DNA of 64,000 bases from Candidatus Omnitrophota bacterium (GTDB taxonomy: Bacteria; Omnitrophota; Gorgyraeia; B26-G9): positions 2,866-66,865 of the forward strand of contig JAHITY010000088.1 in NCBI GenBank assembly GCA_018817165.1, in the 5' to 3' direction. The notes beneath the pieces are model-generated. The model was not told the origin of the DNA. It saw nothing but the letters and a program-made list of their open reading frames with translations, and made no database searches. Every line of letters begins with the position of its first letter. The stretch's first letter is position 1. A program made the position numbers and the translations under genes. This document shows positions 18,875 to 28,384 of this stretch, piece after piece.

Positions 18875-19159
18875 TTATTCTTCCTCAATGATCTTCCACT
18901 TCATTCTCTGCTGGCTAAAACACAGGGTATAGCGGCTATTATTTGTATCACTGACACTGAACAATTGAAAAACTTCTTTACCCTTTTTATCCTGCCATTT
19001 CAAATTCACATCTTTTATAATATGCTTTTGGGAATTAATAAAAAACCAAAGCGGCAAAAACCCTCCCTGTTTAAATGAGACAACTATGTCCACATTCTCA
19101 CCGGGCAGACTATCATCTTGCGGAAGCGGCCTATCCCAGCGGGCATTCGGATTAAACAT
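18875..19159 (-). CDS. Hypothetical small protein inside the lexA-dinB SOS unit. The likely start is M17 of the track ORF.
   Basis: The track ORF 18875..19207 overlaps lexA. The internal Met MFNPNARW at 19159 abuts the lexA stop. No recognisable motifs. Confidence 0.35.
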   Translation of the reverse strand: MFNPNARWDRPLPQDDSLPGENVDIVVSFKQGGFLPLWFFINSQKHIIKDVNLKWQDKKGKEVFQLFSVSDTNNSRYTLCFSQQRMKWKIIEEE

Positions 19160-19739
19160 ATTGCCTGACCGCGGTAATAACTTTGCCAATGATTTGTGAG
19201 CGTTCATTCAAAGCAATTATCGGATAATTTTTATTTGCCGGCTCAAGAAAGAACTTATTCTCGCGGCTTCTTAATGTCTTGACTGTTACTTCGCCATCAA
19301 TCCGGCAAACCACAACATCTTTATTCTGCGCGCAGGGCTGCTTTTTTACCAACACCAGATCATCCGGCATGATCCCCGCGTCAATCATGCTATCGCCATG
19401 CACGCGTAAAAAAAACAATTCATCTTTTTGCGAAAACAATTTATCCACATTAAAATAATCTTCTACGTTTTCTATGGCTAATACCGGAACTCCCGCTGGC
19501 ACAATCCCTAATATCGGAACAGTCAGCATTGCTTTTTCCGTTAATTCAATAGCCCGGGATTTTTTTTCTTCTAAAATAAGATATCCTTTTGTGCATAATG
19601 CTTTTAAATAATCCCTGACTGTTCCGGTTGATGAAAACCCGAATTCCGAAGCAATTTCCCGAATAGTCGGCGGTAATCCATTGCGGATTGTTTTACGAAT
19701 AAACATCAGCACTTCCTGTTGCTTGGTAGTCAAATCCAT
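19152..19739 (-). CDS. lexA: LexA repressor (S24 peptidase)
   Basis: A winged-HTH N-terminus, the cleavage region, Ser in GDSM and Lys in VTVKTL. Confidence 0.9.
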   Translation of the reverse strand: MDLTTKQQEVLMFIRKTIRNGLPPTIREIASEFGFSSTGTVRDYLKALCTKGYLILEEKKSRAIELTEKAMLTVPILGIVPAGVPVLAIENVEDYFNVDKLFSQKDELFFLRVHGDSMIDAGIMPDDLVLVKKQPCAQNKDVVVCRIDGEVTVKTLRSRENKFFLEPANKNYPIIALNERSQIIGKVITAVRQYV

Positions 19740-19821
19740 CGTTTAAGCCTCCCCGATTAATGTTATGTTTTCTATTAAAAATAATAATACCACACATTTG
19801 TGTGGACGTCAAGAAAAAGAC

Positions 19822-19846
19822 ATAAAAAAAACCGTCTTATCGACGG
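19822..19846 (-). terminator. Rho-independent terminator downstream of the carbamate-kinase-like gene
   Basis: A stem ccgtc/gacgg followed on the minus strand by a 9-nt T-run. Confidence 0.5.
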
Positions 19847-19875
19847 AGAAATTAATTAAAGCAAGCAGTTAAAGA

Positions 19876-21219
19876 TTATATTGCTTGGGCAATTATAAGT
19901 TGAAATTCAAGCCCCCCCGCTTGTTGCGGATAAGCAGATATCGGCACTTGACTTAAAGCGATATTTTGCCGCGGCGTTTTCTTTTCATCCAATCCTTGAA
20001 TCGCAATATCGTCAAAAGAGTTCTTGGGACTGCGCTCAATGCGCGTATGCAATCCCCCCTTATCTATCTTTGCTAAATTCTCAGGATTTGTAATAATGAC
20101 CTCTTTTGCTGCGCCTGATTTAATAATACTTATTGCTGCTTGTAATTTAGGCAGCATCGATCCTTCGGTGCCGGCAAATTCGCCGCTATCAATGTATTGT
20201 TGAAGCCGGTCTGCGGTAATATTGGAAATAGGCCGCTGTGTTGAACGCCCATAATCAAGGTAAACACGCTTAACATCCGTTGAGATAATAACACGACTCA
20301 GCGGTTTTTGTTCGGCAGAATATCTGCTTTTAAACAGGCTCTCAGCCAGACAAGCTGTTGCTAAGTCTTTATCAATCACTGCCGGCAAACTGCGCGCTTG
20401 ATTATTCATATCCACCGCAATTCCGCCGCCGCCGACACAAATAACAATCTTTTTAGCTCTTATTGCTTTTTCTATTTTATCTATTTGAACAATCGATTTC
20501 GGCTTTGGGCTGGCAACCAGGACTCGCGGAATTGGCTCTTCTTTCCCGTTAACTGTTTTAAACCGCGCCAAGCCAATAGGCTTTTTCGGGTTAGTAAAAC
20601 CTTCATCCGCAGCATCTACTCTGACATCAGTCATAACAACTTCTATTTGGTTTTCAGAAATACCCAAGCTCATAAGCGCTTCCTTGATATCCGCTCCGAT
20701 CCACTCCTGGGTTTCCTTAACCCCTTGCGCTAGTTTTTGGTTAATGAATTCTTGATCTTTATTTCCATCAAGGAAGCGGCCAAGCCATCTGTCAAGTACT
20801 GCCCCGGCCTCAGGCCCATTGCCATGAGTAATAATTCCCCCCTTTTTTAACTCTGGGAGAATATGCCTTAGTGTTTCTTTTATTCGGTCTTTCTGGATAT
20901 CCGATATTTTCTGCCAATCATCTTTTTTCCAGGGCATTAAGCCCTTTACATCCTCACCTCTCAACAGAGAATTACCACCAATGGAATAAATTTCAGTTGA
21001 TTTGCTTTTCCTAAGGCGCTCTTTAAATGCAGGATATAAAATAGATTGTTTATAAATAGTCTGAAAAGCATTTAGCTGTATTTGGACTTGCGGGGAAAGC
21101 ATTGCAGGAACTCCTTGTTGCTCGTTAAGTAAAAATGTTCCTTGTCCCGCTAACGCGCAATCTGCCATCAGTATTGCCTGGATCAATATTAACGCTATGT
21201 TTTTTAGTATTTTATTCAT
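19876..21219 (-). CDS. Carbamate kinase-like amino-acid-kinase family protein with a predicted signal peptide and N- and C-terminal extensions
   Basis: Carries IGGNSLL and IITHGNGPEAG (carbamate kinase signature). The N-terminus MNKILKNIALILIQAILMADCALAGQ is signal-peptide-like. At 447 aa it is about 130 aa longer than ArcC. Confidence 0.55.
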   Translation of the reverse strand: MNKILKNIALILIQAILMADCALAGQGTFLLNEQQGVPAMLSPQVQIQLNAFQTIYKQSILYPAFKERLRKSKSTEIYSIGGNSLLRGEDVKGLMPWKKDDWQKISDIQKDRIKETLRHILPELKKGGIITHGNGPEAGAVLDRWLGRFLDGNKDQEFINQKLAQGVKETQEWIGADIKEALMSLGISENQIEVVMTDVRVDAADEGFTNPKKPIGLARFKTVNGKEEPIPRVLVASPKPKSIVQIDKIEKAIRAKKIVICVGGGGIAVDMNNQARSLPAVIDKDLATACLAESLFKSRYSAEQKPLSRVIISTDVKRVYLDYGRSTQRPISNITADRLQQYIDSGEFAGTEGSMLPKLQAAISIIKSGAAKEVIITNPENLAKIDKGGLHTRIERSPKNSFDDIAIQGLDEKKTPRQNIALSQVPISAYPQQAGGLEFQLIIAQAI

Positions 21220-21264
21220 AATTTTTCGAGTTTCAAGCCCTTCACACTAAGCATTTCATCTTAT

Positions 21265-22146
21265 TTAAATCGCCTGTTCAATTAATGAAAAAAGTTCATT
21301 AATATCAACACATTGTCCAAAATCACTATATTTCGGCATTGTATTTACCTGTTTATCCTCTTCTTCATAGACTTGAATCAACTGTCTAAAATAATTATCG
21401 GTAAAGTCACGTTCTATTGGAAAATTTTCACCTTGGCCTTCTTGTTCAAGAGATCTTATTGCTTTTTCAGCTATATCCCCTGGGATATCTTGAAAATTTT
21501 CCCAGATAAAAGTAAATACACCTGTCGCCCCTTTTTTACTGCCGACAGGATAGGGTTCTTCAACTAATTTATCAAAAAACATCTTAGTCGTAGGAAACTC
21601 TGCATCGGCTAATTGTCTTGACTGTTCAAAATAGAGATTATTTCTTCTCTGTTCTACATTATAAGCAACTTTTTGCTTTATATGGGCAAGAACCTGCTCT
21701 GCTGATCTTTGCTTTGCCAGCCCCCTACTAATATGTGCGGAAAGATATCTGTAAATCCCCTTTATGCCAAAAGCATCAATATTGTCCACATCATAAAGTA
21801 TTTTTGTTTCAAGGTTTAAATCATGCAAAACATTAGCAGTATCTTCAGGTATCTTTTTATCATGAAATGCTACAGCTTGTTTTATTTTCTCTATTTGCTC
21901 ATCGGTAAAAATATCATTTTCTCTAAAATTCTGTTCTATAAAATCGGCTGCCTGCTGTCCATGCGATTCAGAATCTTCAGCAAATATATCATGCAAATAA
22001 ATTGCTGCCGTTAAAACTTTCCAGTCTACGGCCTCATCTTTATTTAACTTAATTACAAGCATTTCAGCTTTTTCAAGCAAATCAACTGAGTGCTGCATAC
22101 CATGGTGTATATTTTCACTAAAACAGCGTCTAAAAAAATGTTCCAC
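21265..22146 (-). CDS. HD-domain phosphohydrolase family protein
   Basis: Carries H...HD motifs (IHHGMQHS, AIYLHDIF). Confidence 0.55.
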   Translation of the reverse strand: MEHFFRRCFSENIHHGMQHSVDLLEKAEMLVIKLNKDEAVDWKVLTAAIYLHDIFAEDSESHGQQAADFIEQNFRENDIFTDEQIEKIKQAVAFHDKKIPEDTANVLHDLNLETKILYDVDNIDAFGIKGIYRYLSAHISRGLAKQRSAEQVLAHIKQKVAYNVEQRRNNLYFEQSRQLADAEFPTTKMFFDKLVEEPYPVGSKKGATGVFTFIWENFQDIPGDIAEKAIRSLEQEGQGENFPIERDFTDNYFRQLIQVYEEEDKQVNTMPKYSDFGQCVDINELFSLIEQAI

Positions 22147-22188
22147 TCTTACACTCTCCTTGAAAAATATGCTATGTATTTTTTATTA

Positions 22189-23901
22189 CTATATCGATCG
22201 CTCGGCAAAATGTACTTTTGAAGCCCTATTTTTATTTAAAGGTTTAAACAATAACAGCGGATTATCCTCAGGAGTTTGCTTATACTCTAAATTATCAACT
22301 GCATGTAAAAAGTCCTTATTTTCTTTAGCAATTTTTAGAATATATTCCAAATCAATTTTATCTTTTGATAGCAAGCCTTGCATATTCAGCGAATCAACTT
22401 GCTCAGTTTCAAGCAACCGAACATTAATTGCAAGTCTGGCAATAGGATCCCTGAGCATCCTAACCAATGCCTCTTCCAAATAATTACATTTGCTAATACT
22501 TTTCGATAAATTAGGGACAAATTCTTTTGCTTTTTCATACAATAGTATTTGCCCATTTTCTTTGAAAAATGTTTTAATCACCATGTTTTTACGAATATAC
22601 CGCATTGAATCTTTTATTGATTTACTATTAACATTCCCCATGCTAAAAACACTGTCAGGAATATAAATAGACCCTAAAAAATATTCTCCACGCGCACTTA
22701 TAGTTAAAGAGTTGTCCAATCTCACTGAAGAAACACTAGGGGTAAATTTTAGCTTTCTGTAATGTTCATCCTCCCGATAATCTCCAGAGTTTTTCAATAC
22801 AAATTTATCATATAAATCTTGCGGCAGATTTTCCGCATCTCCCATCTGCAATAAGTTTGCATATAAAACTTTCAAAGCTCCTTTTTTTAATTTTATTGTT
22901 CTTAATTTGATTCCACCAGGCAACAAATTTTCTTCATCCTGAACAATATTACCCCCTAAAAACTTTACAAAATCATCAAGTTCGTCATCTTGGCTCGTGA
23001 CATATGTATGTAGATATAAGGTCCCACCAGGAAATAGAGTAAAATACTTATCTATAAATCTTCCGATTTTTTCTAAGGGTATATGCTGTTGATGAACAGT
23101 GTCAACAGAAAGCATAAAAGTCGGAGATTTCTTTTGTTCAGCCGCTGCAAATTCAATCATAAAATCCTCGGCCCAACGTTCATCTATCCACCAACCGTTG
23201 GTAAACATCAAGCCCGTTCTCATTCCCAAACTTTTTGCCATTCTTATAGTTTCCAAAAGCTCATTACGTACCAAAGAAAGTTCACCGCCCATGAAACGAA
23301 TCTCTTCGACTCCCGATGCCTTAGCATCTAAAAGAATTTTTTTTATTTGCGAAATAGAGAGTTTTTCTTTATGCTCCGGATTCACTTTAGCAAGACAAAA
23401 CCTGCACTTTGCATTACATCTTTCAGTAAGACAAAGTGTCAGGTATCGCGGCATTGATATCTTATCATTATTTACTATATTATCTGCAATATAGTCCTCC
23501 ATTAATTTTGCCCAGACCATAAGATACATTTTTCTTCTAAACAAATCCTCCGTATTTGCTGATAAATACCGCAGATAGTTTAAAACAGTATTATCTGCTA
23601 TCCCGAAATCATATATTACTGCCCTCATCTGCATATAAGTTTTATAATAATATTCTTGTTTTCGTCCAAAATCCTTGAACCCAGAGTCCAGAATATCATC
23701 TATCTTATTTTTAAAAGGTGGCGAAAAATATCCCATATAATCAAAAACTGATGGGTCACTAACCTTTTCAGCATTGAATATATACTGTATTTGATTCACA
23801 TCTAATGAAGCTCTAGGTGAAAGCATTGTATCTTGCTGTGCCCAGGCAATATTGCTAAGCAGTAGCATTTGAATGATTAATAATATAATTTTTTTATTCA
23901 T
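22189..23901 (-). CDS. Radical SAM protein with a signal-peptide-like N-terminus and a roughly 150-aa N-terminal domain of unknown function
   Basis: Carries CLTERCNAKCRFC (CxxxCxxC). The N-terminus is MNKKIILLIIQMLLLSNIAWAQQ. No SPASM-type cysteine cluster. Confidence 0.7.
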   Translation of the reverse strand: MNKKIILLIIQMLLLSNIAWAQQDTMLSPRASLDVNQIQYIFNAEKVSDPSVFDYMGYFSPPFKNKIDDILDSGFKDFGRKQEYYYKTYMQMRAVIYDFGIADNTVLNYLRYLSANTEDLFRRKMYLMVWAKLMEDYIADNIVNNDKISMPRYLTLCLTERCNAKCRFCLAKVNPEHKEKLSISQIKKILLDAKASGVEEIRFMGGELSLVRNELLETIRMAKSLGMRTGLMFTNGWWIDERWAEDFMIEFAAAEQKKSPTFMLSVDTVHQQHIPLEKIGRFIDKYFTLFPGGTLYLHTYVTSQDDELDDFVKFLGGNIVQDEENLLPGGIKLRTIKLKKGALKVLYANLLQMGDAENLPQDLYDKFVLKNSGDYREDEHYRKLKFTPSVSSVRLDNSLTISARGEYFLGSIYIPDSVFSMGNVNSKSIKDSMRYIRKNMVIKTFFKENGQILLYEKAKEFVPNLSKSISKCNYLEEALVRMLRDPIARLAINVRLLETEQVDSLNMQGLLSKDKIDLEYILKIAKENKDFLHAVDNLEYKQTPEDNPLLLFKPLNKNRASKVHFAERSI

Positions 23902-24192
23902 TTAATTCCTTATCAAAAAGACATAATACAGAAAAGAGAAAATACTCGCAGATAATTTTTACACTTAATCATTTTGTCTCTTACCTCTTGTTAATCAAAA
24001 TGTTAGGACTAATATATTCCTAATAAAAAAGATTTTAAAGTATACCATATACCCCAGAGATTCGCAAACAAAACCCTATTTTTATTATTAATATAAGTCA
24101 TTTAATTACAATATATTATGCGCTTAATTTTTGAGAATTGATAACTGTTTTTAATCTGAGGTTTGGATTTAGACAAGCTTCAGGGGGAGATA

Positions 24193-25143
24193 TTACTTTA
24201 GGATTCTTAATTCTACAGAAATAAGCTGCTCAAACGCTTCTTTATCTGATGAAAAAGTATTTTTATTATTAGATAAATTAATATCAGCAGAATCTTTCTG
24301 TAATGTTCCACTGCCGGCTAAAAACAATTGTAGCTTTAGGAAATTCTCATAAGTAATATTAAAGGAAAATATTTCCTGGCTTTCTTCAACGCTGTTAAAA
24401 ACTTGGGTGGCATTATATGTGCTGAGAATTTTGCTTATTTGCTGTTTACTAAACAGCTCATCGAAATCTATGATCAGAACTTGTTTTTGTTCATTTCCTT
24501 CAGAAGAAGGTTTTGCTGCTTCAGCTAAGCTTAAAAAGGCTTTATCCTGAACTTTTAATTCCAGCCCAGCCGGAGAATAGGCATCTAAAGCTGCCTCAGA
24601 ATCACCTATTTGCAGAGCTGCCGGCTTACTGCTATCAGCTATTTCCTGTTTAGCCAAGCGGCCAGAAGTTTGGCTAATAATTGATTTTTTTTTGGCAGAT
24701 TGAATCTCCTCGTGGCTTGTTAATTGAGATTCCTGAACATCTCTCTCAGTTAAAATAAAAGCATCTTGTTCATTGATCAGTCCTCTATGCTTGGCTGGCA
24801 GCATATTAAGTTGATTGTTAACCGCGATTACTAAGACTATTGTTGCCACTAAAGCAAAAGCTCTTGCCGAAGAAGTCCTTGGGAAAAAATTCCTTAATCC
24901 CAGAAAAACCTTTTCCCAGAAAGGCAATTCATCAAGCCGCTTATTAACATTATCAATAAAATCCGCTGGAGGATTAATTGCCTTAATCTTATGCATAATG
25001 CTTACCATCTCAGTTATCGACTCAAGTGATTGTGCGCAAGCCGGACAATCTTCAATATGCTTGGTCATAACCATCTGCTGTTTTTTATCTAATTCATTAT
25101 CCAGGAATTTTGAAAGTAGTTTTTTGCAATCCTGACAATTCAT
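24193..25143 (-). CDS. Zinc-finger (ZAS-type) anti-sigma factor, membrane-spanning
   Basis: Carries CQDC...HIEDCPAC at the N-terminus and a central transmembrane segment (AFALVATIVLVIAV). Confidence 0.6.
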   Translation of the reverse strand: MNCQDCKKLLSKFLDNELDKKQQMVMTKHIEDCPACAQSLESITEMVSIMHKIKAINPPADFIDNVNKRLDELPFWEKVFLGLRNFFPRTSSARAFALVATIVLVIAVNNQLNMLPAKHRGLINEQDAFILTERDVQESQLTSHEEIQSAKKKSIISQTSGRLAKQEIADSSKPAALQIGDSEAALDAYSPAGLELKVQDKAFLSLAEAAKPSSEGNEQKQVLIIDFDELFSKQQISKILSTYNATQVFNSVEESQEIFSFNITYENFLKLQLFLAGSGTLQKDSADINLSNNKNTFSSDKEAFEQLISVELRILK

Positions 25144-25144
25144 A

Positions 25145-25780
25145 TCACATCACTTCCTCTAGAATATCAGCTAACAGGCTTCTCGCTCTATGCAAACGAG
25201 ACTTTACTGTTCCAAGGTTAATCAACAAAACCTGAGCTATTTGTTCATAACTTAATTGCTGGATATCGCGTAAAATAATCACTTCGCGAAAATCATATTC
25301 TAATGAATTTAAAGCGCACTGGATCAGCTCATTCAGCTCTTTATCTAAAATGCCTCGATCCGGTGCCGGGCTTAAATCAGGAATCTCTCTTGAGAATGAA
25401 ACATCATCAGAATTTAAATAAGGCTGATCCAATGATAAATTACGCTGATTAGCTTTGGTATTTTTTTTAAGCTTATTGCGACTCAGATTAATCGTTATCC
25501 GGTAAAGCCAGGTAAAAAATCTTGAGTTAAATTTAAATTGCTTGATCGCCTTAAAGCCCCGGACAAATACATCCTGAGCTATTTCTTCAGCCTGATGATA
25601 ATCACCGAATATCCGAAAAGCAATATTAAACACCTGACGATGGTATTTTAAGATCAATTGATTAAATGCCTGCCGATCCCCTTGTTGAACTTTAAGAATT
25701 ATCTCTTTTTCTTGAGCTATTTCTGCAGAGGCATTAAGATCATTGGTATTATTATTTTCTTCAATCACTTTATTAGACAA
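25145..25780 (-). CDS. ECF-subfamily RNA polymerase sigma factor
   Basis: Sigma-70 regions 2 and 4 (FTWLYRITINL...LGTVKSRLHRAR). It is coupled to the anti-sigma gene with a 1-nt spacing. Confidence 0.8.
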   Translation of the reverse strand: MSNKVIEENNNTNDLNASAEIAQEKEIILKVQQGDRQAFNQLILKYHRQVFNIAFRIFGDYHQAEEIAQDVFVRGFKAIKQFKFNSRFFTWLYRITINLSRNKLKKNTKANQRNLSLDQPYLNSDDVSFSREIPDLSPAPDRGILDKELNELIQCALNSLEYDFREVIILRDIQQLSYEQIAQVLLINLGTVKSRLHRARSLLADILEEVM

Positions 25781-25815
25781 TCTTCCCGATCAAAAGTTCA
25801 TTATTTTACAAAAAA

Positions 25816-27135
25816 TCATTTACTTCCAGGCTTTCCCAATAGCTTAAACATTTTTTTCTTATAAGCTTCAACTCCCGGCTGATCAAAAGGATTAACTCCG
25901 GAAAGCAGCCCTGAGATAGCCGTTGCTTTCTCAAAGAAATAAAACAGCTGTCCTAAATTAAAGGCGCTGCGTTTAGGAATACTGATCATCATATTCGGGA
26001 CTTTACCCTCATAATGCGCACTAGCCGTAGCCTCATAGGCCTTAAAATTAACATAGTCCAGATCTTTGCCTGCTAAATAATTCAAACCATCAATATCCGC
26101 TTTAAGCTTAGGCACATTGATTTTAGCCATTGATTTTTCCACAACAAGAAATGTCTCAAATATATTCCTCTCACCATCTTGAATTATTTGCCCTAAAGAA
26201 TGCAAATCAGTTGTAAACTCACAAGCCGCCGGAAAAATTCCTTTGCCGTCTTTGCCTTCGCTTTCACCAAAAAGCTGTTTCCACCATTCTCCAATAAAAC
26301 GCAGATTAGGATGAAACCCGGAAAGCATTTCTATTTTTTTCCCTTTTTTATAAAGAATATGTCTTATTCCCGCGTATTTGTAAGCCGGGTTTTTCTTTAT
26401 ATCTAAAATATTACATTTAGTCTCAAAATCCTTAGCGCCGTTTATCAGTTCACGAATATTAATCCCGGCAACCGCGATCGGCAATAAACCCACAGGAGTT
26501 AATACAGAAAATCTTCCGCCCACATCATCGGGAATCACAAAAGTCTTATAACCTTCACTTTCCGCCAATTCGCGTAATGATCCTTTGGCCGCGTCAGTAG
26601 TCGCGATAATTTTGTCTTTTATATTATTTTTTCCGTAAAGGTTTTCCAAATATTGCTTTAAGATCCGAAAAACAACTGCTGTTTCTGTTGTCGTGCCGGA
26701 TTTTGAAATAACATTAATAATAACTCTCTTATCTTTGACTACCCGCAACATATCCTGCAAATAATCAGCACTCAAATTTTGCCCGGCAAAATATATTTTA
26801 GGTTTTTCCGAGTTTAACTCATTAGAAAAATTAGGCTTAAGAAATTCAATCGCTGCCTTAGCCCCTAAATAAGATCCGCCAATCCCCAAAACAATAAATA
26901 CATCGCAATTATCTCTGATTTTTTTTGCTGTTGCCTGAATATCACTGATCAGCGTATTGGGTATTTGTGAAGGCAAATCCAGCCAACCGATAAAATCACT
27001 TCCCGGGCATTTTTTCCTGATTAATTCCTGATGCACCAGTTTGATTGGTTTAGCAACAGCCTTGAGTTCCTGCTCCGAAACATATCCTTTACAATTAGTA
27101 GTTATTAATTTTATATCAGTCATGAGCTCCTCCAT
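25816..27135 (-). CDS. pgi: Glucose-6-phosphate isomerase
   Basis: Carries GIGGSYLG, ISKSGTTTET and GQLFYFFE. Confidence 0.9.
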   Translation of the reverse strand: MEELMTDIKLITTNCKGYVSEQELKAVAKPIKLVHQELIRKKCPGSDFIGWLDLPSQIPNTLISDIQATAKKIRDNCDVFIVLGIGGSYLGAKAAIEFLKPNFSNELNSEKPKIYFAGQNLSADYLQDMLRVVKDKRVIINVISKSGTTTETAVVFRILKQYLENLYGKNNIKDKIIATTDAAKGSLRELAESEGYKTFVIPDDVGGRFSVLTPVGLLPIAVAGINIRELINGAKDFETKCNILDIKKNPAYKYAGIRHILYKKGKKIEMLSGFHPNLRFIGEWWKQLFGESEGKDGKGIFPAACEFTTDLHSLGQIIQDGERNIFETFLVVEKSMAKINVPKLKADIDGLNYLAGKDLDYVNFKAYEATASAHYEGKVPNMMISIPKRSAFNLGQLFYFFEKATAISGLLSGVNPFDQPGVEAYKKKMFKLLGKPGSK

Positions 27136-27257
27136 TTTTAAATTAATTAGCTAAAGTCGTGATTTATTATTTATTTGAATTATATTTTATCATTGTCTTA
27201 AGTCATTAACAAGATTATTGTTGATTAGGATACTAAGGCAGGAAAGCAGCAAACGTA

Positions 27258-28364
27258 TTAAAAATCTCTATATTCGCGGCGGATAAACAGACCACTTGCT
27301 ACAGGGTCCAAAAACAACTTCAAGAAATAGTTTACATCTTTTACGAATCTTCGCGGAACATAAACAATGTCTTCTGACTCAAGAACCAGATTATCGCTTA
27401 AATCAGCTAATTTTAAAGCCTTATTCAGATCCAATCTTTTAGGATCTGGATTCTGCAGCCCGCCTTTTACTAATATGATACTCGGAGTAACCGCGTCTTC
27501 CGTAAAGCCGCCGGCTAAACCAACTGCTTCTAAAATTGTCTTGCCTTTAGCTAAAGTATATACCCCCGGACTTCTGACCTGGCCAAGCACAATAACTCTA
27601 TTGCCGCCAAAAGTATTTACAGAAACAGACACCTGCGGGTATTTTATGAACTCACGTAAACCCTGAGTTAAAGTATTGCTAAATTCAGTGATTGTTTTAC
27701 CAGAAGCCTCAACTTCACCAACTAAGGCAAATGAAATCAAGCCATCAGGCCGAACTATCACTTGATCATCAAGATCGGGATTTTGCCAAACCTTGACAGA
27801 TAAAACATCACCATTTCCGATTCTATACTTAACTGCACTTTTTTGCTTTATTTCAGGAAGACTTACCGGAATATCAGGCTGATCATTTACCGCAGGCAAA
27901 ACACTATTTTCTTTATCCTTCTTAATATCAGAAATAGCCATTTCGAATTCTTTTTGAGCTTCATTAAACCTGCCCTGATTATACAAAATTAAGCCTCGTT
28001 TATAATGCTGATCATTTTCTTTTTCTGTAGCATTTAAGGCTTTTTTAAATTCCTGCTCTGCAAGCTTAAATTTTCCTTGATTGTAATAGATCAACCCTTT
28101 TTTATAATAATCCTGTTTTTCTGTTTTAGTTTTTTCAATTGATTTTTGAAACTCTTGCTCTGCTTCTTTATATTTTCCCGCTTTATAAAAATCTAAACCT
28201 TTCGCGTAATGATCATCATTGCTCGAAATATTTGAATCGGCATAGCTCAAATCGGATACTTTTAAAAAAAATAAACCGCAAATAGCTAAAAATATCGCTG
28301 AAATAAAAATATTTTTAAATATACTCTTTGCTGTTTTCTGAAATTTATTTTCTTTAATTCGCAT
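27258..28364 (-). CDS. Polysaccharide export protein (Wza/KpsD family, Poly_export+SLBB) with N-terminal TPR-like repeats
   Basis: An N-terminal transmembrane or signal segment, three KGL.YYxQGKFxEAEQEF repeats, then YRIGNGDVLSVKVWQNPDL...VRPDGLISFALVGEVEASGKT. Confidence 0.7.
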   Translation of the reverse strand: MRIKENKFQKTAKSIFKNIFISAIFLAICGLFFLKVSDLSYADSNISSNDDHYAKGLDFYKAGKYKEAEQEFQKSIEKTKTEKQDYYKKGLIYYNQGKFKLAEQEFKKALNATEKENDQHYKRGLILYNQGRFNEAQKEFEMAISDIKKDKENSVLPAVNDQPDIPVSLPEIKQKSAVKYRIGNGDVLSVKVWQNPDLDDQVIVRPDGLISFALVGEVEASGKTITEFSNTLTQGLREFIKYPQVSVSVNTFGGNRVIVLGQVRSPGVYTLAKGKTILEAVGLAGGFTEDAVTPSIILVKGGLQNPDPKRLDLNKALKLADLSDNLVLESEDIVYVPRRFVKDVNYFLKLFLDPVASGLFIRREYRDF

Positions 28365-28384
28365 ATTTTACTGCTCTTATCCCC

